Of a DNA stretch of 64,000 nt, positions 10,455 to 20,140 are shown one piece after another. The stretch comes from Lachnospiraceae bacterium. GTDB taxonomy: Bacteria > Bacillota > Clostridia > Lachnospirales > Lachnospiraceae. Position 1 is the first letter of the stretch, and each line of letters starts with the position of its first letter. The notes below the pieces were generated by a model that saw nothing but the letters and a program-made list of their open reading frames with translations, ran no database searches and was not told the origin of the DNA. The DNA lies in assembly GCA_900757195.1 (NCBI GenBank), contig CAAEMZ010000033.1, positions 51,678 through 115,677 on the forward strand, written 5' to 3'. The translations under genes were made by a program, and so were the position numbers.

Positions 10455-10483
10455 ATTATAATCGAAAACTTGTTCGATGTCAA
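10455..10483 (-). promoter_or_regulatory. sigmaA promoter of dinB with LexA (SOS) box in the spacer
   Basis: Minus strand TTGACA-17-TATAAT; spacer holds CGAACAAGTTTTCG (10463-10476), one mismatch to the Firmicute CGAAC-N4-GTTCG box. Confidence 0.85.
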
Positions 10484-10589
10484 CAGGGGACAATCATCAA
10501 AACGGTTGAGAAATCTGAATGAAAATGGTACAATAAACAAATATAAATAAAGGCGCTGTGAAAGAGCGCTCGATGAAAGGACTGCAGGA

Positions 10590-11102
10590 ATGACAGATAA
10601 TATAATTTTAATTGGAATGCCCGGAGCGGGCAAAAGCACCATCGGAGTGGTTCTGGCAAAGGCGCTCGGCTATCATTTTATAGATTCGGATTTACTGATT
10701 CAGGACGCGGAAGAAAAGCGGCTTTTTGAAATTATCGACGAAGTCGGTATTGATGGTTTTCTGGAGGTAGAAAACAGGGTTAATGCCGGAATTCAGGTTC
10801 ACAGAACGGTCATCGCCACGGGAGGCAGTGTTGTTTACGGGGAAGAGGCCATGGAACATCTGAAATCCATCGGTACGGTGGTTTATATTAATGTGCCTTA
10901 TGAAGATCTTCAGAAACGGCTGGGGGATCTTTTAAAGCGGGGCGTTGCCATCCGTAAGGGAAATACCCTGCTGGATCTGTATAATGAACGCGTTCCGCTG
11001 TATAAAAAATATGCGGATATCACGGTGGATGTTTACGGAATCCACATTCGGGAGGCCATGGAATTGATTAAAGATTCTGTGGAGAAACTGGAGTGTAAAT
11101 AA
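10590..11102 (+). CDS. aroK: Shikimate kinase
   Basis: LIGMPGAGKSTIG Walker A, DSD, VIATGGSVV, ERVPLY. Confidence 0.9.
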   Translation: MTDNIILIGMPGAGKSTIGVVLAKALGYHFIDSDLLIQDAEEKRLFEIIDEVGIDGFLEVENRVNAGIQVHRTVIATGGSVVYGEEAMEHLKSIGTVVYINVPYEDLQKRLGDLLKRGVAIRKGNTLLDLYNERVPLYKKYADITVDVYGIHIREAMELIKDSVEKLECK

Positions 11103-11103
11103 A

Positions 11104-13782
11104 ATGAAATTAAAGATCAGGAAATGGATTTCGGAAAAACGATGGTATATTCTGGCATTTGCGATTCCTTTTGTGGTTGTGCTGACGGCGTTTATCTGTC
11201 AGGGACTGTGGCCGTTTGGAGACCGGGGGATTGCCATTATTGATTCCTATCATCAGTATGTGCCTTTTTTCTCAGAGCTTCAGTATAAGTGGCGCCATTT
11301 TGACAGCCTGTTTTATAGCTGGAACGGCGGCCTTGGAATGAATTTCTGGGCGGTCATTGCCTATTATCTGGCCAGCCCTTTAAATCTGCTGCTGCTTGTT
11401 TTTCCGAAAAGTATGGTGATGGAGTGTTTTACGTTCATCTATCTGATTAAAATCGGCCTGGCAGGATTGAGTTTTTCGGTATTTTTGAAGAAACGCTTTG
11501 ACCACTATGGACCGTCAGTCACCGTTTTCGGATGCTGTTACGCTATGAGCAGCTTTATCATCGGCTACGGCTGGAATATTATGTGGCTGGACTGCCTGCT
11601 TCTGTTTCCGATGGTCATGCTGGGAATCCATCAGCTTGTCAGACAGAACAGAGGCTGGATGTACGGTATTTCGCTGGGACTGTGTATCTTTACGAATTAC
11701 TATATTTCCATTATGATCTGCCTGTTTCTCTGCTTTTATGTTTTGGTGGAGATTAACGGCAGCCGGGAAATCTGGCTGGGAGAAAAGGTTCGTCGGTTTG
11801 GCCGTTTTGTCGTGTATTCGCTGCTTGGCGGCGGCCTTGGCGGAGTGATGCTGGTGCCGACGGCCTATGCGTTGATGGCCAGTCAGTCGGCGGACAGTAC
11901 CTTTCCGAAGACATTGAAGTTTTATCATGATGTATTTGAACTGCTGTGCCAGCATTTTACGGCGATTGAACCGACGTCTCTGAGCGGAAATTTTAACCTT
12001 TACTGCGGCGCGGCAATGCTGCTGCTTGTGCCGCTGTATTTACTGAATTCCAGAACACGGCTGGGAGACAAGGTGCTTCATATCCTTCTGACGGCTTTCC
12101 TTCTGGTCAGTCTGAACACCAATATGCTGACCTATGTGTGGCATGGATTTCATTTTCCGAACGGTCTTCCGGGAAGATTTTCATTTATTTATATTTTTCT
12201 GGTGCTGTCTATGGGATACGAAGGCTGGAGAAACCGGAGGTATGCGCCGAAGTGGACGGCAGCGGTTTCTGCAGCGGCCTGGCTTGCCTTTCTTGGTTAT
12301 TGCTGGTGGGGGCAGAAGGCGGAACTGGAAACATATACCTGGGGAGTCACTATCGGTGTGATTCTGATCTATGCCGTCTTATTGACGGCAGCCCGGCTGG
12401 TACAGAAAAAACGTCGGATCGTGGAATTGCTTCTGATGTTTGTCATACTGATCGAAGCCTGCGGCTACGGAACTTTTGGTCTGTGCATGAACGGCACGGT
12501 GAACCGGAAAGATTATTACAGTGACCAGACGGCGGTGCGGACTCTGAAAAATGAGGTGGCTGCGAGGGAAAAGGAAGCTTTTTACCGTATGGAAGTGGAA
12601 GAACGCCGGGGACGGGATGATGTGACCTGGCACAATCTTCCGGGAATGTCTCTTTTTTCATCCACAGCCAATGCGGGGGTGGATCACCTTGCACGGCGCC
12701 TCGGCTTTTATGCGGTGACGAATAAGTACAGCTATCAGGGTGCAACGCCGGAAACGGATGCGTTTCTCGATATAGCGTATCTGATCAGCGGTAAGAAGCA
12801 GGAGACGATCCGGACCTTTGAATGGATGAGCGAAAATGCCGGCGAAAATTTATATGTGAATCACTGTGCCCTCGGTCCGGGATTTATGGTTTCCGAAAAT
12901 ATCCGGGAATGGGATTATGAAAAAACAAATCCTTTTGATGTAATCAATCAGATAATACTTTCGGCGACCGGGGAGGATATGCATCCTTATGACTATTTCG
13001 GACTCCCGGAACCGACGGCAGAGGGCTGTGAGCTGACGACGGACAGTTGGGCAGACTGGTCTTATACATCGGGAGACAGCAAAGAAGGAATGGTTACCTA
13101 TACGTACACACCGGAGACTTCCATGGATTTATATATTTATTTTAAAGCGACCCACTGTGAAAAAGTCGAAGTGACGGGGCCGTCGGGAAAACGGAATTAT
13201 TCCGATGAAGACGGACATATTATTGAAGTCGGGGATGTGAACAGCGGTGAAACGGTCACGTTTGTTTTTTATCTGGACGATGAATATGATAAGGGAAGCA
13301 TTAAACTGATTGCGGCGCAGCATGATATTCAGGCATTTTACCGGATGTTTGATACATTGAAACGGGCGTCGTGGAAAATTGATGCGGCTGCATCGACGGA
13401 ACTGAAAGGAAGTATCCGGGCAGAGGCGGACGGAATCATGTTTACGTCGATTCCCTTCGATGAGGGATGGTCGGTCCGGGTGGACGGCGAAAAGGCAGAG
13501 GTGGAAAAAATTGCCGACGCCTTTATCGGTATTGAACTGACCGAAGGGGAACATTATATAGAGATGCATTACAGGCCGAAGGGGTTTGTTTTCGGGCTCC
13601 TTCTCACCGGAATATCCGCGGCGCTGCTCTGGGTGATGTACAGGAAAGAGCGGCGTGCTTCGCACGATAATGTATACCCACAGGGCACATCGCATGTCAA
13701 TGCTCCGCACGATAATGTATACCCACAGGGCACACCGTATGTTAATGCTCCGCATGGGCGTGCTCCGCACGATAATGTATGA
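11104..13782 (+). CDS. YfhO-family multi-pass membrane glycosyltransferase (GT-C) with repeat-derived C-terminal tail
   Basis: DSYHQYVPF, YSWNGGLGMNF, YYLASPLN, WHGFHFPNGLPGRFSF, SIPFDEGW; many TM helices. Confidence 0.85.
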   Translation: MKLKIRKWISEKRWYILAFAIPFVVVLTAFICQGLWPFGDRGIAIIDSYHQYVPFFSELQYKWRHFDSLFYSWNGGLGMNFWAVIAYYLASPLNLLLLVFPKSMVMECFTFIYLIKIGLAGLSFSVFLKKRFDHYGPSVTVFGCCYAMSSFIIGYGWNIMWLDCLLLFPMVMLGIHQLVRQNRGWMYGISLGLCIFTNYYISIMICLFLCFYVLVEINGSREIWLGEKVRRFGRFVVYSLLGGGLGGVMLVPTAYALMASQSADSTFPKTLKFYHDVFELLCQHFTAIEPTSLSGNFNLYCGAAMLLLVPLYLLNSRTRLGDKVLHILLTAFLLVSLNTNMLTYVWHGFHFPNGLPGRFSFIYIFLVLSMGYEGWRNRRYAPKWTAAVSAAAWLAFLGYCWWGQKAELETYTWGVTIGVILIYAVLLTAARLVQKKRRIVELLLMFVILIEACGYGTFGLCMNGTVNRKDYYSDQTAVRTLKNEVAAREKEAFYRMEVEERRGRDDVTWHNLPGMSLFSSTANAGVDHLARRLGFYAVTNKYSYQGATPETDAFLDIAYLISGKKQETIRTFEWMSENAGENLYVNHCALGPGFMVSENIREWDYEKTNPFDVINQIILSATGEDMHPYDYFGLPEPTAEGCELTTDSWADWSYTSGDSKEGMVTYTYTPETSMDLYIYFKATHCEKVEVTGPSGKRNYSDEDGHIIEVGDVNSGETVTFVFYLDDEYDKGSIKLIAAQHDIQAFYRMFDTLKRASWKIDAAASTELKGSIRAEADGIMFTSIPFDEGWSVRVDGEKAEVEKIADAFIGIELTEGEHYIEMHYRPKGFVFGLLLTGISAALLWVMYRKERRASHDNVYPQGTSHVNAPHDNVYPQGTPYVNAPHGRAPHDNV
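13656..13780 (+). repeat. In-frame tandem repeat (two 45-bp units plus partials) belonging to a dispersed repeat family
   Basis: Units at 13656-13700 and 13701-13745, partials at 13746 and 13761; encodes HDNVYPQGT twice; matches the reverse complement of 46228-46370. Confidence 0.9.
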
Positions 13783-13838
13783 AATTATAAAAATTTTGTA
13801 AAAAAAGTGTTCATTTTTTACGAAATTATAAAATTCAA

Positions 13839-13866
13839 TTTACAAATTCTCGTAGTATGCTATAAT
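13839..13866 (+). promoter_or_regulatory. sigmaA promoter of murA (extended -10)
   Basis: TTTACA-16-TATAAT with TG before -10. Confidence 0.6.
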
Positions 13867-13903
13867 GGTTAAGACTATAACAGAAAGTTTGTTGAGGTGT
13901 ATC

Positions 13904-15196
13904 ATGGAACAATATGTTATAAAAGGCGGTAGTCCACTGGTTGGTGAAGTGACCATTGGAGGCGCAAAGAATGCAGCTTTAGGTATTCTTGCAGCAGCCA
14001 TTATGAGTGACGAAGATGTCATTATTGACAATCTGCCGGATGTGAGTGATATTAATGTTTTGTTACAGGCGATTGCTTCCATCGGTGCAGAAGTTGAAAG
14101 AATCGATAGAAATACGGTAAAAATAAACGGAAAAAATATTCGCAGTTATTGTATTGACGACGGATTTATCCGGAAAATCAGAGCCTCCTATTATCTTCTG
14201 GGAGCCCTTCTCGGAAAATATAAAGAGGCAGAGGTTGCGCTTCCGGGCGGATGCAACATCGGAAGCCGTCCGATCGACCAGCATATTAAAGGTTTTCGGG
14301 CGCTTGGCGCTAAAGTGGATATTAATAACAGCATGATCGTTGCCAGAGCGGAAGAACTCCGGGCACGCCATATCTATCTGGATGTGGTCAGTGTTGGTGC
14401 GACGATTAATATCATGCTGGCTGCTTCCATGGCGGAAGGACGTACGATTTTAGAGAATTCGGCGAAGGAGCCGCATATTGTTGATGTAGCAAATTTCCTG
14501 AACTCTATGGGCGCCGATATTAAAGGCGCCGGAACGGATGTGATCCGTATCCGGGGCGTTCAGAAGCTTCATGGAACGGAATATACGATTATACCGGATC
14601 AGATCGAAGCCGGAACATTTATGTGTGCCGCTGTGGCAACTCAGGGAGATATTACAGTCAAACATGTAATTCCGAAGCATCTGGAATCCATTTCAGCAAA
14701 GCTGCTTGAGATGGGGGCGGAGATCGAGGAACTGGATGATGCTGTCCGGGTGGTTGCTTCCAAACGGCTGCAGCCGACGAATATTAAAACACTGCCGTAT
14801 CCGGGATTTCCTACAGATATGCAGCCGCAGATGGCCATTGCACTGGCCCTGGCGGATGGAACCAGCGTCATTACAGAAAGCATTTTTGAAAACCGGTTCC
14901 GTTATGTGGATGAGCTGGCCCGAATGGGAGCCCGCATTAAAGTTGAAGGGAATACAGCGATTATTATCGGTGTGCCGAAATATAAAGGCGCTCATATGAG
15001 TGCGCCGGATTTGCGTGCCGGAGCAGCGCTGGTGATTGCGGCCCTGGCAGCCGACGGATATTCAACGGTGGATTCTATCGGTTATATTCAGCGGGGATAT
15101 GAAGATTTTGAAGGAAAACTCTGCAGTCTCGGTGCCTGCATTGAGAAAGTGGATAACGATAAGGATCTTCAGAAATTTAAGTTTAAAGTCGGATGA
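13904..15196 (+). CDS. murA: UDP-N-acetylglucosamine 1-carboxyvinyltransferase
   Basis: GAKNAAL, LPGGCNIGSRPIDQH (active Cys), PYPGFPTDMQPQ, DLRAGAAL; GAGGTG RBS before ATG 13904. Confidence 0.95.
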   Translation: MEQYVIKGGSPLVGEVTIGGAKNAALGILAAAIMSDEDVIIDNLPDVSDINVLLQAIASIGAEVERIDRNTVKINGKNIRSYCIDDGFIRKIRASYYLLGALLGKYKEAEVALPGGCNIGSRPIDQHIKGFRALGAKVDINNSMIVARAEELRARHIYLDVVSVGATINIMLAASMAEGRTILENSAKEPHIVDVANFLNSMGADIKGAGTDVIRIRGVQKLHGTEYTIIPDQIEAGTFMCAAVATQGDITVKHVIPKHLESISAKLLEMGAEIEELDDAVRVVASKRLQPTNIKTLPYPGFPTDMQPQMAIALALADGTSVITESIFENRFRYVDELARMGARIKVEGNTAIIIGVPKYKGAHMSAPDLRAGAALVIAALAADGYSTVDSIGYIQRGYEDFEGKLCSLGACIEKVDNDKDLQKFKFKVG

Positions 15197-15243
15197 TTTC
15201 CGGCGGTATCCCGTGAAACTGTAAACTAAATATGGAACGATTT

Positions 15244-15343
15244 CTCTTATTCAGAGCAATGGAGCCTAAGGAGCGATGATATTGCGGCAACCCCGATGTA
15301 TAGGAAGGTGCCTGCCGGAGCGAATAATTTCGAACAATAAGAG
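15244..15343 (+). ncRNA. SAM-I (S-box) riboswitch aptamer, divergent
   Basis: P1 ctcttatt/aataagag, CAGAG, P2 gcaat/attgc with GAG...GATGA kink-turn, GGCAACC...AAGGTGCC P3; directly upstream of metK and followed by a terminator. Confidence 0.85.
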
Positions 15344-15360
15344 GGTTTGATAGAAGAATC

Positions 15361-15389
15361 AAGTCCGCTTTTGCGGGCTTTTTTCTTTT
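15361..15389 (+). terminator. Riboswitch expression-platform terminator
   Basis: aagtccgc-tttt-gcgggctt followed by T-rich tract. Confidence 0.8.
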
Positions 15390-15454
15390 CTTTATTATCT
15401 CAAATAAAATATTCAAATGAAACAGGAACTGTGACAGGAAGGAGAAACAATTTA

Positions 15455-16642
15455 ATGGAAAAACTTTTATTTACTTCAGAATCTGTAACCGAAGGACATC
15501 CGGACAAAATCTGCGATCAGATTTCCGATGCGATTTTAGATGCCATGATGGCGCAGGACCCGATGAGCCGGGTAGCCTGTGAAACCTGTACAACAACCGG
15601 CCTTGTGATGGTTATGGGTGAAATTACTTCAAAAGCAAATGTGGATATCGGAAAAATTGTCCGTGATACCGTCAACGAAATCGGCTACAACCGGGGCAAA
15701 TACGGCTTTGATGCCGATACCTGCTCTGTGATGGTGACCCTGGATAAGCAGTCAACGGATATTGCCATGGGCGTTGATAAAGCGCTGGAAGCCAGAGAGC
15801 ATAAGATGTCCGATGATGAAATCGAAGCCATCGGCGCCGGAGACCAGGGAATGATGTTCGGTTTCGCAACGAATGAAACCGAAGAATATATGCCGTATCC
15901 GATTGCCATGGCGCATAAGCTGGCCAGAAAATTAGCCGAAGTGCGTAAGGACGGAACCCTGCCTTATCTGCGTCCGGACGGAAAAACCCAGGTGACCATC
16001 GAATATGATGAGAACGGCAAACCGGCCCGGATCGATACGGTGGTTCTTTCCACACAGCATGATCCGGAAGTGACCCAGGAACAGATTCATGAAGACGTTC
16101 GCAAATACATTTTTGATCCGGTACTCCCTGAGGACATGCTGGATGAAAAGACCCGGTTTTTTATTAACCCGACCGGACGTTTTGTCATCGGCGGACCGCA
16201 TGGAGACAGCGGACTGACCGGACGGAAGATTATTGTAGATACCTACGGCGGTTATGCGCGTCACGGCGGCGGCGCTTTCTCCGGAAAAGACTGTACCAAA
16301 GTAGACCGTTCTGCAGCCTATGCAGCCCGGTATGTGGCAAAAAATATTGTTGCGTCCGGACTTGCCGATAAATGTGAAATTCAGCTTTCCTATGCGATCG
16401 GCGTGGCACAGCCAACCTCCGTTATGGTTGATACCTTCGGCACCGGAAAGATTTCCGAAACCAAACTTGTGGATATTATCCGTGAAAACTTTGATCTGCG
16501 TCCGGCAGGTATTATTAAAATGCTTGATTTACGCCGGCCGATTTATAAACAGACGGCAGCTTACGGTCATTTCGGAAGAAATGATCTGGATCTTCCATGG
16601 GAAAAAACAGATAAGGTTGAACTGCTGAAAAAGTATTTATAG
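15455..16642 (+). CDS. metK: S-adenosylmethionine synthetase
   Basis: [28 protein letters not shown]; start at ATG 15455 after AGGAG. Confidence 0.97.
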   Translation: MEKLLFTSESVTEGHPDKICDQISDAILDAMMAQDPMSRVACETCTTTGLVMVMGEITSKANVDIGKIVRDTVNEIGYNRGKYGFDADTCSVMVTLDKQSTDIAMGVDKALEAREHKMSDDEIEAIGAGDQGMMFGFATNETEEYMPYPIAMAHKLARKLAEVRKDGTLPYLRPDGKTQVTIEYDENGKPARIDTVVLSTQHDPEVTQEQIHEDVRKYIFDPVLPEDMLDEKTRFFINPTGRFVIGGPHGDSGLTGRKIIVDTYGGYARHGGGAFSGKDCTKVDRSAAYAARYVAKNIVASGLADKCEIQLSYAIGVAQPTSVMVDTFGTGKISETKLVDIIRENFDLRPAGIIKMLDLRRPIYKQTAAYGHFGRNDLDLPWEKTDKVELLKKYL

Positions 16643-16676
16643 GCAGCCGGAAACGGATGGAAGGGAGGGCGTCTTT

Positions 16677-18152
16677 ATGCGGTTAGCGACACGAATGAAG
16701 CTTACATATGGAACAGTATTTATTGTCCCTCTGATTTTAATGTTCGTAACATTCTGGGGAATGGGACAGATAGAAATGCGGGCGCTGCGTCAGAAGTTTG
16801 ATATGGAAGAAGCCAGCGTGGAGATGCTCGTCAATCCCTACAAGATGCTGGATAAAATTTCCTCCAGTATTGTGGATGAACTCAGGAATACGGCTGAAAA
16901 CAGTCCGGAAAAACTGATGGATACCGCTTATCTGGAACAGATGAATCAGCGTCTGGAAGCCTATTCGTCGTTCCTTGTCCTGCGCCGCGGGGGCGAAGTC
17001 TATTATTCGGGCGGACCCGGGGACACAGGACTGGAGCTTTCGAATCTGGAACTCTTCACCGTGGACAGTGGTTTTGTCAGTGGTGAAGAGCCCTATCATC
17101 TGAAGCAGATTGACTTTGGATTTTCTGACGGCAGTGAAGGTGTTGTCCAGATATTGACGCCGGTGGAATCCGTTGTACATCAGGTGGAAAATATGATTGT
17201 CAAAGCCTTTGTTCTGGCGCTTATTATTCTGGTCGCTGTCAGCGGAACGGCCTTTTTCGGTCTGTACCAGAGCATCGTTCAGCCGCTGGAAAAGCTGAAG
17301 CGGGCTGCGGTGAATATCAAAGAGGGCAATCTTGATTTTAATGTCATCACGGATACGGAGGATGAGATCGGCGAAGTGTGTACGGCCTTTGAAGAAATGC
17401 GTATAAAACTGAAAGCCCAGATCGATCTGAGTATGCAGTATGAAAAGGACAACAAGGAACTTATCAGTAATATTTCCCACGATCTGAAAACACCGATCAC
17501 CGCCATTAAGGGGTATGTGGAAGGCATCCGCGACGGCGTGGCGGACACTCCGGAAAAAATGGACAAATATATCCGGACGATTTATAATAAAGCCACGGAT
17601 ATGGATAAGCTGATCGATGAACTTTTTCTGTACTCGAAGCTGGACAGCAATTCTATGAATTACAGCTTTGCCAAACTGAATCTGAAGGATTATTTTGAGG
17701 ACTGTGTGGATGAAATCTCTCTGGATCTGGAATCCCGGGGCATCGCTTTTTCCTATAATAATTATGTGCCTGAGGGGACAATGATTATTGCGGACCCGGA
17801 ACAGTTAAAACGGGTTATCAATAACATCGTGGGTAATTCGGTGAAATATATGGGAACAGAACCCGGACGGATCGGCATTTTTATTAAAGATGAGCCGGAA
17901 TTTATTCAGATAGAGATTCAGGATAACGGCAGGGGCATCGCGAAGAATGAACTGCCGCGTATTTTTGAACGGTGTTACCGGACGGATGCCTCGAGAAATT
18001 CCTCCAAGGGCGGCAGCGGCCTGGGGCTTTCCATTGCGAAGAAAATTATTGAAGAGCATGGCGGTAAAATCTGGGCGAACAGTGTGGAAGGCCAGGGGAC
18101 GACCATCAGCTTTGTTCTGAGAAAGTATAAGGAGTGTGTGACCTATGAATAA
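16677..18152 (+). CDS. HAMP-domain sensor histidine kinase (HisKA)
   Basis: Two TM, ISHDLKTPIT H-box, NSVKY, DNGRGI, GSGLGL. Confidence 0.92.
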   Translation: MRLATRMKLTYGTVFIVPLILMFVTFWGMGQIEMRALRQKFDMEEASVEMLVNPYKMLDKISSSIVDELRNTAENSPEKLMDTAYLEQMNQRLEAYSSFLVLRRGGEVYYSGGPGDTGLELSNLELFTVDSGFVSGEEPYHLKQIDFGFSDGSEGVVQILTPVESVVHQVENMIVKAFVLALIILVAVSGTAFFGLYQSIVQPLEKLKRAAVNIKEGNLDFNVITDTEDEIGEVCTAFEEMRIKLKAQIDLSMQYEKDNKELISNISHDLKTPITAIKGYVEGIRDGVADTPEKMDKYIRTIYNKATDMDKLIDELFLYSKLDSNSMNYSFAKLNLKDYFEDCVDEISLDLESRGIAFSYNNYVPEGTMIIADPEQLKRVINNIVGNSVKYMGTEPGRIGIFIKDEPEFIQIEIQDNGRGIAKNELPRIFERCYRTDASRNSSKGGSGLGLSIAKKIIEEHGGKIWANSVEGQGTTISFVLRKYKECVTYE

Positions 18153-18834
18153 AATACTGATTGTGGAAGATGAAGTGAGCATTGCGGAACTGGAAAAAGA
18201 TTATCTGGAGCTGAGCGGCTTTGAAGTGGATATGGAGCACAGCGGCGATACAGGACTTGAAAAGGCTTTGAAGAATGATTACAATCTGATTATTCTGGAT
18301 TTGATGCTGCCGGGAATCGACGGATTTGAAATCTGCCGGAGAATCCGGGAGCAGAAGAACATTCCGGTCCTTATGGTTTCCGCAAAGAAAGAGGATATCG
18401 ATAAAATCCGCGGTCTTGGTATGGGAGCGGATGATTATATCACCAAGCCTTTCAGTCCGAGTGAACTGGTAGCCCGGGTGAAGGCCCATCTGGCCCGCTA
18501 TGAGCGTCTGATCGGCAGTGCGGCCAAATCCAATGAAATTATCGAAATCCGCGGCCTGAAAATCGATAAGACGGCCCGTCGGGTTTATGTCAACGGTGAG
18601 GAAAAGGCCTTCACGACGAAAGAGTTTGATTTGCTGACATTTCTGGCGGAAAATCCGAACCATGTTTTCAAAAAAGAAGAACTTTTCAATAAGATCTGGG
18701 ATATGGAGTCTCTGGGAGACATCGCGACTGTGACGGTCCATATTAAAAAGATCCGTGAAAAAATTGAATTTAATACGTCCAAACCTCAGTATATTGAAAC
18801 AATCTGGGGTGTGGGATACCGGTTTAAGGTATAA
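18145..18834 (+). CDS. OmpR-family response regulator
   Basis: VEDE, LDLMLPG, KPFS receiver; winged helix ending IETIWGVGY; overlaps kinase stop. Confidence 0.93.
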   Translation: MNKILIVEDEVSIAELEKDYLELSGFEVDMEHSGDTGLEKALKNDYNLIILDLMLPGIDGFEICRRIREQKNIPVLMVSAKKEDIDKIRGLGMGADDYITKPFSPSELVARVKAHLARYERLIGSAAKSNEIIEIRGLKIDKTARRVYVNGEEKAFTTKEFDLLTFLAENPNHVFKKEELFNKIWDMESLGDIATVTVHIKKIREKIEFNTSKPQYIETIWGVGYRFKV

Positions 18835-18838
18835 CGAT

Positions 18839-18882
18839 AAAAAAGATTCGCAGAATTCTTTCGGATTCTGCGAATCTTTTTT
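18839..18882. terminator. Bidirectional terminator between convergent genes
   Basis: aaaaaagattcgcagaat...attctgcgaatctttttt. Confidence 0.85.
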
Positions 18883-19709
18883 TATTTCCGGCTGCCGAGC
18901 TGCCAGAAGGCAACGGCGCTTGCGGCCGCAACATTTAAGGAGTCCACGCCGTTGGACATGGGAATCCGAACGGTGTAATCACAGTCAGCGATGGTGGCAG
19001 AGGCCAGACCGTCTCCTTCTGTGCCGAGGATGATGGCCAGCTTTTCTTCAGACATCAGCCGTGGGTCATCGATCGCCATGGCATTATCGCTTAATGCCAT
19101 GGCGACGGTTTTAAATCCCAGATGATGCAGAAAATCAATGCCCTGCTGAGGCCAGGCCTCCGCTTCTCTGAGGAAGGTCCAGGGAATGAGAAAGACATTT
19201 CCCATACTGACCCGTATTGAACGGCGGTACAGGGGATTGCTGCAGGCGCCGGTCAGCAGGACGGCGTCGATGTTGAGGGCGGCAGCGGACCGGAAAATGG
19301 CGCCGATATTTGTCGGATTCATGACATTCTCAAGCACGGCAATCCGCCGCGCGCCGGCGCAGACGGTTTCCGGCGCCGGGAGGGGCGGACGGTGCATGGC
19401 GCAGAGCATCCCGCGGGTTAATTTAAAACCGGTGAGCTGTGTCAGCACATCAAATCCGGCGGTATAAACCGGAATATCCCGGCAGCGTTCGATCAGAGGT
19501 TTTCCCTGACCGGAAATGTGTTTACTTTCCATTAAAAAAGAGATAGGAACACATCCGGCATCCAGGGCCCGTTCAATGACCTTTGGGCTTTCTGCGATGA
19601 AAATTCCTTTTTCCGGCGCATGGCGGTTTAGAAGCTGTCCTTCCGTAAGGCGGGCATAAACATCGAGCTCCGGCGCCGAAAAGTCTGTAATTTCGATAAT
19701 ATTTGACAT
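18882..19709 (-). CDS. TrmH/SpoU-family RNA 2'-O-methyltransferase
   Basis: NPTNIGAIFRSAAA, LGTEGDGL, IPMSNGVDSLNVAAA SPOUT motifs. Confidence 0.9.
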   Translation of the reverse strand: MSNIIEITDFSAPELDVYARLTEGQLLNRHAPEKGIFIAESPKVIERALDAGCVPISFLMESKHISGQGKPLIERCRDIPVYTAGFDVLTQLTGFKLTRGMLCAMHRPPLPAPETVCAGARRIAVLENVMNPTNIGAIFRSAAALNIDAVLLTGACSNPLYRRSIRVSMGNVFLIPWTFLREAEAWPQQGIDFLHHLGFKTVAMALSDNAMAIDDPRLMSEEKLAIILGTEGDGLASATIADCDYTVRIPMSNGVDSLNVAAASAVAFWQLGSRK

Positions 19710-19723
19710 AAATAATCTCCTGT

Positions 19724-20140
19724 TCAGTCCTGCAGCGGAAGCTGCTTCCGGCGGATGCGATCCATGAGGGCATATAGTTTTTCTTCAATCTGTTTTGCGG
19801 TCTGAATGAAGGCTTCATCGTTTTTGCCGCTCGGGTCATCAAGTCCCCAGTCCTCGCGGTATTTGCAGGGGAGAGCGGGGCAGGCGACATTGCAGCCCAT
19901 GGTAATGACGATATCTGCCGGTGGAATTTCAGAAATTAATTTGGAATACTGGGTTTCTTCCATGTCGATATGGTATAATTCCTTCATGATCCGTACCGCA
20001 TCCGGATTGATGCGGGGCTTTGTCTCAGTACCTGCAGAACAGGCGGTAAAAATATCCGAAGCAAAATGCTTTGCCAGGGCTTCCGCCATCTGACTCCGGC
20101 AGGAGTTATGGACACAGATAAAGGCAACGTTTGGAAGCAT
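19724..20140 (-). CDS. arsC: Thioredoxin-type arsenate reductase (LMW-PTP fold)
   Basis: CVHNSCRSQMAE P-loop, SAGT, TMGCNVACP, WGLDDP; ATG 20140 after GGAGG, overlapping upstream TGA. Confidence 0.82.
   Translation of the reverse strand: MLPNVAFICVHNSCRSQMAEALAKHFASDIFTACSAGTETKPRINPDAVRIMKELYHIDMEETQYSKLISEIPPADIVITMGCNVACPALPCKYREDWGLDDPSGKNDEAFIQTAKQIEEKLYALMDRIRRKQLPLQD

Noticed and set aside
13781..13833. Repeated gaaattataaaa upstream of murA
   Set aside because: Low-complexity AT-rich promoter DNA; not distinguishable from chance.
15347..15454. N-terminal extension of metK in the ORF track
   Set aside because: Overlaps the riboswitch terminator; the RBS supports ATG 15455.
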